Translations under genes and position numbers: made by a program
In this document: piece by piece, positions 31,462-43,188 of the stretch
Position numbering within the stretch: the stretch's first letter is position 1
How the letters are laid out: the number at the start of each line of letters is the position of its first letter
Notes under the pieces: model-generated
What the model saw: only the letters and a program-made list of their open reading frames with translations
Databases searched by the model: none
What the model was told of the DNA's origin: nothing
Source: Candidatus Thorarchaeota archaeon
GTDB lineage: Archaea; Asgardarchaeota; Thorarchaeia; Thorarchaeales; Thorarchaeaceae
Reading direction: 5' to 3'
Length of the DNA stretch: 64,000 bases
Assembly: GCA_963726195.1 (NCBI GenBank)
Contig: CAVSBO010000003.1
Location: 736,001-800,000, forward strand

Positions 31462-33036
31462 CTACCTCTCTCTCAGTCGTGGGTTAAGTACTTGGTCAAG
31501 TGTATGCCCTATGAATGTAAATGCTAGTGAGAGCATAGTGATGCACAAACCTGGGAAGAAGACCACCCACCAGGCTCCCACGCTGAAGGCACCATTCGTC
31601 TGGGCATCAGCAAGCATGATCCCCCAAGATGGAATGGTCGGATCTGTGAGGCCCAAGAAAGCTAGCCCGGCTTCAGACAGGATTGCTCCAACGACTCCTA
31701 GTGTGATGGTTGCAAAGAGAATGGGAGTCACATTGGGCAAGACATGCCTGAATATGATGTACGTGTCCGAAGCACCAATTGCTCTTGCAGATTCTACGTA
31801 CGCCTTGTTCTTTTCTGCCATGACCTGTGACCTAATCAGACGTGCCGTGCCCGTCCAGCCCAGTATTGAAAGCACGAGTATTATGTTCAAGGCGGACCGC
31901 CCAAGAAAGGCAGCCAGAACCATCATCAACGGCAAGCCAGGAATCACCAGCAGAAAGTCCACTATTCGCATGAGCAGTTCATCCACCTTGCCGCCTGAAT
32001 AGCCAGCGACCAAGCCGACAATCACACCGACGAGAGTCGATAGAGCGGTAGCAACGACTCCAATTATCAGTGACATCCTACTTCCGAACACCAGCTGACT
32101 CCAGGCATCAGCTCCCTTGTCTGTCGTACCCAATATTCCGTAGTAACCGCCGTAGCAAATCATGCTGGCTCTTAGGACTTGGACAGTAACCGACCCATTG
32201 TAGGTCTTCCAAGGATACTCACCGTTGGAATAGCGGAATTGGCTCGTTGGTGCAAGCCCAATTGCGACCCGGAGCTGATCCGTCGGGTCTTCCTGTACAC
32301 CGTTCTTGTCCTTTATCATTCCGGCCCATCCGTCCTGCATTTCAAATGAACTTAGCAAGACACGGCGGCCCTGAATAGTGGGGGTATATGGCGGAGATGA
32401 ATGGTAAATCATCGTCCAGTTACCTGAGGAGTCAATCACCCAGACGTAGACCTTAAACATCAGTCCCCCATTGGTCTGGTTCAGAAAAGATCCGGTCAGG
32501 GTCACACCATAGTCTATGCTGAAGTTGACTGCTGTCGGCAAGCGTTCTGCTGGCCAATCGAAAGTCTCGTTGACGTAGACGAAGTCACGACAGTCAGGAA
32601 GTTGACTGAAAGGGATTAACGGCACGATGAAACCAAGTGACGTGTTTGCAGTGTGTGCCCATGTCATGTTCACATAGCTTGTATCATTTTCGTTCGCTGC
32701 TGCGTGATGAACCACGCCGAACTCCGTTGAGTTACCCGCTATGACCTCACCTGGTGGGGAAGCGAAGTATGGATCGGGCATGTACTCTTTTGTCACTACT
32801 GCACCGGGGTCAAACACTTCTGTCCAACCGGGCGCTTGGAAAGGAGCTGCTATCCTCGCACTTGGAGATGGGCTGTTTACAACAAGATAGGGCGCGAACA
32901 CAGCCATTCCAACGAAGAAGATTAGGAGGATAAGCCCGAACATGCCTATGTGGTGCTTGCGATACTCCTTCGCAAACCCTCTAATGCTCACATACCAATT
33001 GCTGTCTTTCCAACCGGTCTTCTTACCTTGGGACAA
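31462..33036 (-). CDS. oppC: ABC peptide permease OppC/DppC, copy 2, with large extracytoplasmic insert
   Basis: Paralog of 28333-29898; TTG start after AGGAGGT. Confidence 0.9.
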   Translation of the reverse strand: MSQGKKTGWKDSNWYVSIRGFAKEYRKHHIGMFGLILLIFFVGMAVFAPYLVVNSPSPSARIAAPFQAPGWTEVFDPGAVVTKEYMPDPYFASPPGEVIAGNSTEFGVVHHAAANENDTSYVNMTWAHTANTSLGFIVPLIPFSQLPDCRDFVYVNETFDWPAERLPTAVNFSIDYGVTLTGSFLNQTNGGLMFKVYVWVIDSSGNWTMIYHSSPPYTPTIQGRRVLLSSFEMQDGWAGMIKDKNGVQEDPTDQLRVAIGLAPTSQFRYSNGEYPWKTYNGSVTVQVLRASMICYGGYYGILGTTDKGADAWSQLVFGSRMSLIIGVVATALSTLVGVIVGLVAGYSGGKVDELLMRIVDFLLVIPGLPLMMVLAAFLGRSALNIILVLSILGWTGTARLIRSQVMAEKNKAYVESARAIGASDTYIIFRHVLPNVTPILFATITLGVVGAILSEAGLAFLGLTDPTIPSWGIMLADAQTNGAFSVGAWWVVFFPGLCITMLSLAFTFIGHTLDQVLNPRLRER

Positions 33037-33196
33037 GTGCTGACCTCCTTGTGAAGAGTCGGGGATAGCCGGATGCACCCGTCTGATGCTCAGACACGTC
33101 ATTTCCTATGACTCTTGCGCATAGCGAAACCAAGCGAGCACCTAAAAAACAGTTTGGTTGGAGTAATGGGCCGCGCACTAGGACCGACTCCTCTTC

Positions 33197-33520
33197 TTAC
33201 TTGTCAGTCTCCAACTCATCTTCAAACGGGTCGAAAGCGGAGTTTCCGGCCCCCGCCTCAATTTCCGTGACCCCCTTTGATTTTGGGAGCGACTTGTTAA
33301 GACGGGCAGACGCCCAGAGATCAGCAAAGACCATCGCCACTAAGAAGAACGAAATGGCACCGGCAAGGGATATTATGATACCAAAGAAACCGGTCGACAA
33401 CCACGGATGCAGATACATGAGCAACCAACCGCAGATGATTAGGACAACCGGAATCATGAGAATTCGTTTCTTGGGCTCTTGCCGCGGACTTGGAAATCGT
33501 CTAGCTCGCATCTGAATCAA
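33197..33520 (-). CDS. Small two-TM membrane protein
   Basis: Two hydrophobic segments and an acidic C-terminus. Confidence 0.55.
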   Translation of the reverse strand: MIQMRARRFPSPRQEPKKRILMIPVVLIICGWLLMYLHPWLSTGFFGIIISLAGAISFFLVAMVFADLWASARLNKSLPKSKGVTEIEAGAGNSAFDPFEDELETDK

Positions 33521-33809
33521 TTCTACAACATCGCCCTCGACTTTTACTCTTTTTGAATTAAGCGGCTTTCAGACATCTCATGCAATCGTCGTCTGCATTA
33601 CACAATCGCTATGAGGCTCGGTCGTGCAATGCAAGAACAATGAAAACATGAACGACCGAGTCTAGTCGCTCGGCCGAAAGAGACTACCATTTACACACCT
33701 GTTGGCGCATGAACTGGCTCTTCTTTGAAAGGAACATATTTAAGCCCACTCAAGAGCATCGACACCCTAGAAGGGTGAGGAAGGACCACACCCCCACAGA
33801 TTCAGATGC

Positions 33810-34817
33810 TTGGCGGAGAACACAAACATGCCTTTGCTCGACATCAGAAACCTGCGCATGTATTACCAGACACAGAAGGGTTTGGTAAAAGCCGTGGATA
33901 ACGTTTCTCTCCAGCTGGAGCCAGGTGAGTCCCTCGGGCTTGCCGGCGAAAGCGGCTGCGGCAAAAGCAGTCTCGCATATTCCGTCATGCAGCTGCTGCC
34001 ACCAGCAGCCAACATCGTGGGGGGCAACTGTTACTTCAAAGGAGAAGACCTACTGCGCAAGACCCCAAGAGAGATGAGGGACATAAGATGGAAGAACATT
34101 GCGATTGTTTTCCAAGGCGCGATGAACGCTCTCAACCCCGTCTTTGAGATTGGAGACCAAATTGCGGAAGCCATCTTGATGCATGAGAATGTCACTGAAG
34201 AAGAGGCACTCGACAGGTGTGCCAAGCTTTTTGAAATGGTTGGCCTCGATCCGAGTCGAACGCGCAACTATCCACATGAGTTCAGCGGTGGCATGAGGCA
34301 GAGAGCCATGATAGCAATGGCCTTGGCCTGTAACCCCGACCTTGTAATTGCGGACGAGCCAACAACTGCTCTCGATGTAACAATTCAGGCTCAGATTCTG
34401 AAGCTCATGCAGAAGCTGCAGAAGGACCTTGGCTTGTCACTGATTCTAATCACCCACGACCTGAGTGTGATAGCAGAGACGTGCGATAAGGTTGCAATCA
34501 TGTATGCGGGACGAATAGCAGAACTCGCAGATGTCATATCGGTCTTCAAGGACCCAATCCACCCCTATGCTACTGGGCTCGTGGGCGCGATCCCGAGCAT
34601 GGTGAAGGCCGAGAAGAAGACGCTTTCGTCAATTCCTGGGTCACCGCCAGACCTCATCGACCCACCAACGGGATGTAGGTTCCACCCAAGGTGTCCCTAT
34701 GCTCAAGACATTTGCTCCAAAGAGGAACCAGCCCTTGACGAAATCGAACCGGGCAGGTTCGTATCATGCCATTTCGCGAAACAGCTCAAGGGGCAGATAA
34801 AGATAGAAATGGACTAG
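33810..34817 (+). CDS. oppD: ABC peptide transporter ATPase
   Basis: GESGCGKS, FSGGMRQR, IADEPT, C-terminal GCRFHPRC Fe-S region. Confidence 0.95.
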   Translation: MAENTNMPLLDIRNLRMYYQTQKGLVKAVDNVSLQLEPGESLGLAGESGCGKSSLAYSVMQLLPPAANIVGGNCYFKGEDLLRKTPREMRDIRWKNIAIVFQGAMNALNPVFEIGDQIAEAILMHENVTEEEALDRCAKLFEMVGLDPSRTRNYPHEFSGGMRQRAMIAMALACNPDLVIADEPTTALDVTIQAQILKLMQKLQKDLGLSLILITHDLSVIAETCDKVAIMYAGRIAELADVISVFKDPIHPYATGLVGAIPSMVKAEKKTLSSIPGSPPDLIDPPTGCRFHPRCPYAQDICSKEEPALDEIEPGRFVSCHFAKQLKGQIKIEMD

Positions 34818-34828
34818 GAGAACTGAGA

Positions 34829-35890
34829 ATGGCAACAATCACGAGCAGATATCTGACCCAGATGGAAGATGTGGCGGACGGCGAGACGCTGATTTCTGTC
34901 AGTAATATGCGCAAGTGGTTCCCCGTGAACACAGGTTTTCTTTCTTCGCTGCTCTACAAACAGGAGCTGTATGTGAGAGCGGTAGATGGTGTCACGTTCG
35001 ATATCAAGAAAGGGGAGGTCTTGGTCCTTGCTGGCGAGTCCGGCTGCGGCAAGACAACGACGGGCAGATGCATACTCTTCCTTGAGACTCCTACAGATGG
35101 CCAAGTTTCCTATGCTGGTTTGGATCTGGCAACACTGGACCGAAACGAGATGAAGGAACTCAGAAAGAGGATGCAGATTACTTTTCAAGATCCTTACGAG
35201 TCTCTGAATCCTAAACAGAGCATCTTCAGTATAGTGTCAGAGCCGCTCATGGTGCACAAGGTGCCGCTCTCACCAAGCCAAAGAAGGGAACGTGTGCTTG
35301 AGGTCCTTGAGAACGTATCGCTGACACCACCTGACGACTACATAGATAGGTACCCTCACGAGCTCTCAGGAGGCCAGAGGCAGAGAATATCTGTAGCTCG
35401 AGCACTGATTCTCCATCCGGAGTTCATGGTCGCAGATGAGCCTGTGTCAATGCTCGATGTTTCGATTCGTGCTGAAATCCTGAATCTGCTTCTTAAGCTT
35501 AGGAAAGACTTGGGACTGACTTACCTCTTCATAACACATGATTTGGCAGTGGCCACGTATATCGCGGATCGGATAGCCGTTATGTATCTGGGCAAGATCG
35601 TCGAGTTGGGACCATCTCACGAGGTCGCTTTCAATCCTGAGCATCCGTACACACGCGCACTCATCTCGGCAGTGCCTTCAGGAGACCCCACTGTGAAGCG
35701 TCGTATTGAGGCATTGAAGGGTGAACCACCGAGCCCTATAAACGTCCCTCCAGGTTGCAGATTCCACCCGCGGTGTCCCTATGCGCAGGAGATTTGCGTA
35801 CGAGAGATTCCTGAGGATAGAGACATGGGCAATGGACACATAGTTGCATGCCATTTTGCTGGTGAGCTTGGCGGACCAGTCGGATCTTAG
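34829..35890 (+). CDS. oppF: ABC peptide transporter ATPase
   Basis: GESGCGKT, FQDPYESLNP, LSGGQRQR, ADEPVSMLD. Confidence 0.95.
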   Translation: MATITSRYLTQMEDVADGETLISVSNMRKWFPVNTGFLSSLLYKQELYVRAVDGVTFDIKKGEVLVLAGESGCGKTTTGRCILFLETPTDGQVSYAGLDLATLDRNEMKELRKRMQITFQDPYESLNPKQSIFSIVSEPLMVHKVPLSPSQRRERVLEVLENVSLTPPDDYIDRYPHELSGGQRQRISVARALILHPEFMVADEPVSMLDVSIRAEILNLLLKLRKDLGLTYLFITHDLAVATYIADRIAVMYLGKIVELGPSHEVAFNPEHPYTRALISAVPSGDPTVKRRIEALKGEPPSPINVPPGCRFHPRCPYAQEICVREIPEDRDMGNGHIVACHFAGELGGPVGS

Positions 35891-35969
35891 AAACACAGCC
35901 TCAGCTCCAGCGTTCAAATGAAAGCTCAGCGCCTATTGCCCACGCCTAGCCTTACGAGAATTGTGAGAT

Positions 35970-36404
35970 GTGGGCATGTCGGACAGATCAAAAATCCTCA
36001 AGGGAATCAGGAGATGTCTCTCGGACGCATGCTCTCTGTTCCAAGAAACGATCGATACACTCGACAGAATCGGCAGGGCAGACCTGGGGGCTGGCCTGAC
36101 TACGCTCGTGGGTGGCTATGCCATGAAGAATCCACAGGAGGACTACAGAAGAGCTCTCATTATACTCGATTCCGCCGAGAAAGCACTTCAACCTCTTGCC
36201 GTCCGTCTTCGCGATGGAAGGGTCAATTCAAGCCACTTCGAGGACGAAAGGGCAATCGTCCTTCTGAGAGACGTAACTGAGTTTGACTACAACATCCTAA
36301 TCAATCTACTCAGCGAAAGGCGCGGCAGAGACTCTGTATCGTTTAGACTTATTGAGCTGAGGAAGAAGGCGAAGGAAGCCTACGACCTGGTCTCAAACGA
36401 CTGA
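35970..36404 (+). CDS. Hypothetical all-helical protein
   Basis: 144-aa ORF with protein-like composition; fills the gap between flanking genes. Confidence 0.6.
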   Translation: MGMSDRSKILKGIRRCLSDACSLFQETIDTLDRIGRADLGAGLTTLVGGYAMKNPQEDYRRALIILDSAEKALQPLAVRLRDGRVNSSHFEDERAIVLLRDVTEFDYNILINLLSERRGRDSVSFRLIELRKKAKEAYDLVSND

Positions 36405-36588
36405 CAGATAGCTTGGTCTCGTGTGCAACAATCAACAAAGCTAATAACAACAAGGCGAGCTTAGTAAGATGGTTTGAGGGCAGACACATGATGCCCACCA
36501 ACCAGCTCCCGCTGTCCAACATGACAAAGCAAAGCAAGCATGCGTGGAACCCAATCTCACATTTACCCCTCACCCTAGGTGCAGGAAT

Positions 36589-39500
36589 ATGCGGATCGAT
36601 TCTTCGGGACCAAGAGAGACCCCGCTCCCTTTTGCCCATGGCATAGAGATAGAACTCCAAGTCATAAGAAAAGACGGTACGTGGATGAGGGGAAATGAGA
36701 TACTCGAGGTCTTCGACAAGCTAGTTTCAAATGCGAAGAACCTGTTGGAGAAGAGAATTAGAACTGCCGAACTAGCATCAGTCAAGACGAAATACAGGCG
36801 GTCTCAACAGACAGAGGAGGGCGAGAGAGGCTCAAGGATTGTAACAAGCTATGTGGACCCTGAGGGTGAGGTGAGGAGCTTCACCCTCATTGGCCATGAT
36901 CCGAATGTCACTAGTTTGACATGGATTCTGGAAGTCTCAACGCCACCATGCACGACACTCGAAGAGCTGGCCTGGTGGGTCCAGACGCTTGTGGCAATTA
37001 GCTACGAATCGTTGCCCAGGGACTCCCACAGCATAATGATCTCGACGGGCCTTAATCCAACCCAAGAGTATCTGAGAAATCTTTCGTTCGGCGAACATCA
37101 TCATATTCTCAGCAAGTCAACAGATGACAAGACGCGCATCGCCGTCTATAATATGATACGCAATTTCATGCCCCATCTCATTGCATTGTCGGTCAACTCG
37201 CCCTTTGAAAACAAGAAGCCTACGGATGTTGTTACTATTGACGACCAAGGTCGTACCCGGGCTCCTCGATGCAAACGCTCGATTCGTCTTCTCAGAAATA
37301 CTACACAGATGGGACCGACCAACGAATTCGAGCTTATACCCTACATCACCAACTTGGACAAGCAGAGTTTCGCAAAGCGTGTCAACAAGAGCTATGCACG
37401 CATGGTGGATGTTTATCCTTTCACTGATTACGATACAATAGAGGTGCGCGTGTTCGACACTCAACTGTCTGTTCCCCGGAGAGTTGGAATCGCGCTAATC
37501 CTGCAAGCACTGGCACTCAAGGCAAAGCACATGGTCGAGAAAGGAGAACCTGTTCCTGACGTCGGTGCCAAGTGCTTGGCTGCCAACCGCGAATCTGCAG
37601 TCGCGGGCAGGTTTGTGGGGTCCTTTCAAGTCTGCTGAGACCCGCGAAAACAATCGCTACATTACAACATACAATTCCACCATAGGTGAAGACGGGTCTA
37701 TCATGGAATCGAGACCGAATCGGTTCATGGCAGATGCGGTTTCGTCCATGTTTTACCTAATCAAGAAGGAATTGGAAGATCTCGGAGCGATTGACAATTC
37801 CTTCATGCAACCCCTTCTTGTTTCTCTGTTCGGAAGCGAATCCACAGAACCAAGAACAACTGGCGCAGACTTTCAGCTGGACGTGTATGCCAAATCCGAC
37901 ATGAATATTGTCGTCTTGCTAAAACGCTTGGCAGACATTACTCGGGAATGCTGCACAAACTGGCTCTACGACCCACTCGAGGGCACACCTCATATGCCAG
38001 CCTGGCTTTGCTGGTGGAAGGGACTTGAACCGGAAATTACGGTAGACTCTGATAGAATCTTCGGAGGTCAGGACGGTGGATTTTCAATATCGCTCAGAAA
38101 CTCGACGAGCCATAATTTTGAAAACGTATCCGTCGGCTACACAATCGAAGACTCTGAAAGACATGTGACAGACCATAGGGTCTTCTCTGTCGCCAGAATG
38201 ACTCCCCGCCAGATCAACAGGACTAAAATCCCCTTCAAGACAACCATGGGCGCCACTGCTTACAACATTATCGTGACGCTAGGAATCGCCGGGAAGTTCA
38301 TCAACCTCTCGACCACAATCAATACATATTGGATGAAAACGACAATCCGACCATCCGCAACCACACAGTTTGCCGATGGCCGCGGACGAGTCTCTTTTTC
38401 GGGGGAAATAGAAACTAACTACCCAAGCAGTATCCGACTGAACATAGGAGTATCAGTACTGTCAATCAAGAAGGAAACAGCACTCGCCCAGACATCCCGT
38501 GTCCAAATGGTAGAGAAGAGTGAAACGCTTCTTTTCGATGAGTCAGTGTTTCCTTCGCTCACCATTCCTGCAGATGCCTCACAGGGTGTCGAAAGATGCG
38601 TGCTCAGGATCGAGCTGGTAGATGAGGCGGGGGTCTTGGTTTCGAGTTCCACATCAAGACCGTTCTACATCGGATTCGTGAGCCAAGGCCCGACGATTCT
38701 TCTTAGAACGAATGCTAAATCTGTCCACGCCTCAGGTGACATGGTGCACGGAGAAGTCGAGCTCAGAGGCAGAGGGGGGCCTCTGCCTAGAGATGCAAGG
38801 TTGGTTATCGCATTCGTGTCAGATTCCGGGACAGCCCTTGGAATTGGTGAATGCAATGCGTCTGAGCTTCTTCGTGATACCTACCGCTTTGATTGGACAG
38901 TACCGCATATGGAGTCCGAGGAAACATCGGACAGGTCCGGAGCAATAGTTGCTCAGCTTCTGGATCAAAGAGAGGAAATCTCCAGGGCTGAGTCCGCAAG
39001 ACTTCGGATTGCTTTGCTTAACATAAGAATGAGTATTGACTCACTAAGGGTTCCCGAAAGGTCAATGGTCGGAGAAGCCGTATCCGGCTGGCTAAGGATA
39101 GAGAGAAACACGGACCTAGGGGACCCTGCGACACTCGTGATGAAGCTTCAATTTCCTAATGGAGAGGAACATCACATTGTGGAACAACCAATTAAGCCAA
39201 ACAAGAACCTCTCAGTCGCGTACGGGCCCATCGTGATACCGAAACCGACCAACGTTCCAAGTCCGAAGCTTGTCACTCTCATCGCCGAACTGCATTACGG
39301 AGGGGCCGTTCTCGATCGCAAGTCCGTTGACATCAATTTGACAGCAGGCCAAAGAGATGAAACACTGGCCCTGAGTGTAAGCGGCGTCCCGCGATTCGCC
39401 GCTCCCGATGAACTAGTGCGCATGGCTGTTGTCATCAGCAACAACTCTCCGGACAACATCAGATGCAATTTGATTGCTAGCCTGGATTCCATATTGGGCA

Positions 39501-40031
39501 TGAAGGAAATCCTAAATCAAGACCTAGAGCTTTCTTCACAACGGGCGAGAACCTTTGACGTTCCCTTCAGAGTGCCACTTGCTGCTGAGATGAGCTCAGC
39601 AGAACTGATACTTGTCGCAGATCATGATGGGAGCAAATGCGAAGCAAGGCACATCATCAAGGTCAAACCAATAGAACAAGCTCTATTTCATGTGGATTTC
39701 TCTCTGAAGAATGAAAGAGGCGAGGAAATCCGGGGTCTGGTCCCGCGACAATCCCCCCTTGACATAACTCTCAAAGTCATGTGCCCAAGGAGTGGAATCG
39801 AGAGTCTCGAAGTCAGCTCTTCGCATTATGTCGAGAAGGCAAGTTGTGGAGGAGTTCAGAATTCCTATGCCACCCAGCAACACGCTCAACTTCGACACCC
39901 GCGTCGGATGGGTAACACCGCCTGTAGAACTCGTGACAGGCTACTATCTTGAAGCTGTGGTCTCAGCTGATGGCAGAGCTCTCCCAGGCCGTGCAGTCAG
40001 TATTGCCGAGAGGCAATTCACAGTCTATTGA
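36589..40031 (+). CDS. Glutamate--cysteine ligase family 2 (GCS2/YbdK-like carboxylate-amine ligase) fused to multiple Ig-like beta-sandwich domains; frameshifts near 37605 and 39820
   Basis: HGIEIELQV, LEVSTPP, FGEHHH, LIALSVNSPF, TIEVRVFD; then ~600 aa of repeated beta-sandwich patterns. Confidence 0.8.
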
Positions 40032-40316
40032 ATTGGCGTTCCCGGAACACAAGCATCGATTCCTAGAAAGTCTGTCGCCATCAACCAGCAAAGGCGGGCA
40101 GGCAGCCTGCCCAAGGCCACAGAACGGGACCATCCCCTCAAGAACGCCGAATTTGGCCTTCGGACCCTTGGAAAAGACATAATAAGGGCGTTTGGAATTC
40201 TGAACTAACATTTGACACGAAAATCGATACGGGATTTATGCTCATAGAATTCTCCCGTCTTGCACTCATACAATGACTCGTGCTTCGTAACACTAACAAA
40301 TGGATGGATGAGTCGC

Positions 40317-41234
40317 ATGTTCGAACTACTCTCGAACCCGGTTGTTTCCGGACTACTGATAATGACTGTGATTGGAGCGGTAAGCTACAAAGCGCACTTC
40401 GTTGACATATCTGGGTTGATTAGTGCTTTCATGGTTGGATTCATCATTTGGTATGCCGGCGGACCTGCAGCATTCACTATTATTCTGTTCTTCTTTCTAA
40501 GCTCAGGGGTAGCGACCAAGTTCAAGTACAAATCCAAAGCGAAACAAGGAGTAGCCCAAGAAGCGAAGGGAAGAAGATCATGGAGAAACGTGACAGCAAG
40601 CGGCATTGTTCCGGCACTCTTTGCAATCGGCATGTACCTTGCTCCTCGTCTGTCAACTAACCCAGACCTGCCCTTCTTCATGTTCGTAGGGCTCGTTGGC
40701 GCTATCGCAACTACTACCTCAGACAACTTGGCTAGTGAGATTGGAGTGTTCAGCAAGAAGACGCCACGGCTGATAACGAATCTCAGGAGGAAGGTTCCCA
40801 AGGGTACCATAGGTGGAGTCTCTCTCCTAGGGGAACAGGCCGCCTTGGCTGCCGGTTTGGCAATTGGTGTCATTCTGGTCCTATTCGCATACTTCCTGCC
40901 ATCGACTGTACCGATAACGAGGCCAGATCAGATTATGATGTTCATTCCCTTGGCGGCCCTAACAGGTTTTGTTGGCTGCAATATGGATAGTGTTCTTGGT
41001 GCGATGATTCAGAACAAATTCGTATGCGATATCTGTGGAGCAGTCACAGACAAGGAAGTCCACTGCAACTATGCGACCAAGTATGTCGGCGGCTGTACGT
41101 GGTTCTCGAACATGCATGTCAATCTTGGCTCATCAAGTATGGGAGCCGTACTGGGGATGGTCCTCGGCGTAGGCCTCTTTGTGTGGGTGTTCGGCGGGGT
41201 CTTCTTCTGGATACTCGCATCGTCGAGTAGCTAG
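40317..41234 (+). CDS. DUF92/TMEM19 family membrane protein
   Basis: FFLSSGVATK, RSWRNV, SDNLASEIG, GTIGGVSLLG, DSVLGAMIQ, CDICG..HC, NMHVN. Confidence 0.9.
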   Translation: MFELLSNPVVSGLLIMTVIGAVSYKAHFVDISGLISAFMVGFIIWYAGGPAAFTIILFFFLSSGVATKFKYKSKAKQGVAQEAKGRRSWRNVTASGIVPALFAIGMYLAPRLSTNPDLPFFMFVGLVGAIATTTSDNLASEIGVFSKKTPRLITNLRRKVPKGTIGGVSLLGEQAALAAGLAIGVILVLFAYFLPSTVPITRPDQIMMFIPLAALTGFVGCNMDSVLGAMIQNKFVCDICGAVTDKEVHCNYATKYVGGCTWFSNMHVNLGSSSMGAVLGMVLGVGLFVWVFGGVFFWILASSSS

Positions 41235-41347
41235 TCGCGACGCTCCTCCACCCACAAGTCCCCTTCTTTCCCAGTGTAGATATTCTCATATACGCCACAA
41301 AGGAGCACCCGAGCTCAAGTGCAATCGCACAACTAGGGGTCACAGAG

Positions 41348-42124
41348 ATGCCACCGGTCACGCATTCGCCTGTATATCCTTGGGCTCTCACGGGAGTATT
41401 CGCGGCGTTCCACCTAGTGGTCTCAATGTTACCTTACACGCCTGCAGGAGCCGGGATAATCACGTGGGGCATGGTCTCGGCTGTACTAGTCGGTCTCATT
41501 CTCGGGCCACTCTATGGCACGATCTCTGTTGGAATAGGCTCCATCCTGACAATGATTGCATTCCCGAGCGTGGCCGTCATATCGATATTCACTCCACTTG
41601 CGCCGATGGCCGGGGCCTTGACAGCTGGTGCACTGATAGCCCGCCGCCCGTGGATTCTGTACTGTGTCTTCAGCGCGGCAATTCTGCTCTTCGTCGCCGG
41701 GCCAATAGGATTCATGGCGATAGGATTCCTCTGGCTTCACTGCGCGACTCTTGTGTTCTCATTACTCTACGTTGTTCCCGGGACATCGAGAAAGCTTAGA
41801 AATGGTCTTGAACTATCTAAGGGGACAAGCGCTGTCGTTATTGGTCTGGCATACTGGTTCACAGGTTTCTGTGCACTTATCGCGGACAATCTTGTCGGCT
41901 CTGCCCTCTATCAGTACTATGCGTTTTCAATCGGCTTCGATGCCCCGACCTTGACTGGGATCTACTTGGCAATCATGTTTGTGTATCCTGTGGAGCGCGG
42001 GGTCGCATCGATTGTGCTTGCTGCGATTGCTATTGCCACGAGCAGAGCACTGGCCTCAGCCCACCTGAGTCTTCCCCTGATTGGACTTCACATTGAAGAG
42101 CAAACAGAATTGCTCCGCACTTAA
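41348..42124 (+). CDS. ECF transporter S-component-like membrane protein
   Basis: GLILGPLYG motif, 7-8 TM segments, YPVER. Confidence 0.65.
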   Translation: MPPVTHSPVYPWALTGVFAAFHLVVSMLPYTPAGAGIITWGMVSAVLVGLILGPLYGTISVGIGSILTMIAFPSVAVISIFTPLAPMAGALTAGALIARRPWILYCVFSAAILLFVAGPIGFMAIGFLWLHCATLVFSLLYVVPGTSRKLRNGLELSKGTSAVVIGLAYWFTGFCALIADNLVGSALYQYYAFSIGFDAPTLTGIYLAIMFVYPVERGVASIVLAAIAIATSRALASAHLSLPLIGLHIEEQTELLRT

Positions 42125-42309
42125 TAGAGAGCAGTCTGGGACCTCTCGGCTGGGTGCAGCTTAAACCGAACTGTCGGAGGACCCCTTCTCTCTTTCATAG
42201 GAGCGAAACTTCATATGCGTTCGCTGCGAGAAGAACCTGGGAATGGGGAATCAGGCCAGCTCTGGTGCCCGCACTGCCCATTTCATTCATGCAAAGGAGC
42301 TGAACTGAA

Positions 42310-43153
42310 TTGCAGTTCGAATTCCTGTTCAACAGCACGCTCTGGACATTCATGATTATCGTGCTCGCGTTTTTCGTGCTTATGTTCGTCGCGAGCGGAA
42401 TCAGGATCTTAAAGGAGTGGGAACGAGTCGCAGTACTTCGTCTCGGCAAGTTCAAGCATATAAAAGGCCCCGGCGTAATCTGGATTATGCCAATCCTCGA
42501 CAAGGTCGCGATGAAGGTTTCTCTTCGACTTCAAACCTACGCTTTCAAGACGGAGAGATCACTCACTCGAGACAACGTTCCAGTTGTCGTGGATGCAGTG
42601 ATGTACTTCAGGGTCATAGAAGTTGAGAAAGCAATCCTCAGCGTTGAGAGGTACGCTGTCGCCGTCGAGCTTGCTGCTCAGACGACACTCCGAGAGGTCA
42701 TAGGCAAGGCACCACTCGACGATCTATTGGCGGAGCGAGACAAGATTGCCGCACATCTGCAGGAAGTCATCGATCTCAAGACTGAACAGTGGGGTATCAA
42801 AGTAACGGCGGTCGAGATTAGAGATGTCGTCATTCCCACTCAGCTGCAGGACGCGATGAGCAGAGAAGCGCAAGCTGAGAGAGAGAAGAGCAAGGGTAAC
42901 GCTGGCTCAAGCAGAGCTGGAAGCCTCTACGGCCATGCTTCAGGCAGCTCGCATATACGAGGAATCGAGCGTCGGTTTTGCGTTGCGTATCTGGAACGTA
43001 ATCCAGCAGATTAGCACGAATGCCAGTCTGATTATGTTGGTGCCTACCAACATACCGGAAGTCGGTCTTAGTGCAGGCACTGCTGCTGCAATAGCGGCGG
43101 GTGCTGGTGGTCTCAAGCTTCAGAGGAAGAAGGCGGCTGAGACAGAGAGCTAG
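42310..43153 (+). CDS. SPFH/stomatin (slipin) protein, frameshift in a GA repeat near 42885
   Basis: EWERVAVLRLGK, GPG, LTRDNVPVVVDAVMYF, AQTTLR, WGIKVTAVEIRD, QAERE. Confidence 0.93.
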
Positions 43154-43188
43154 ACTACAAGCAATCGAAAAGAAGAGAGAGTGAGAAA

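Noticed and set aside
40040-40200. GGGCAGGCAGCCTGCCC hairpin and ORFs 39949-40182 / 39963-40211 as an ncRNA or small gene
   Set aside because: A single short hairpin with no recognisable RNA family; the ORFs lack protein-like features
41235-41347. TPP or other riboswitch before the ECF S-component (ACTAGGGGT seen)
   Set aside because: No CTGAGA/CCTGA/AGCGTAGGGA core, and the motif abuts the start codon, so it is more likely the RBS
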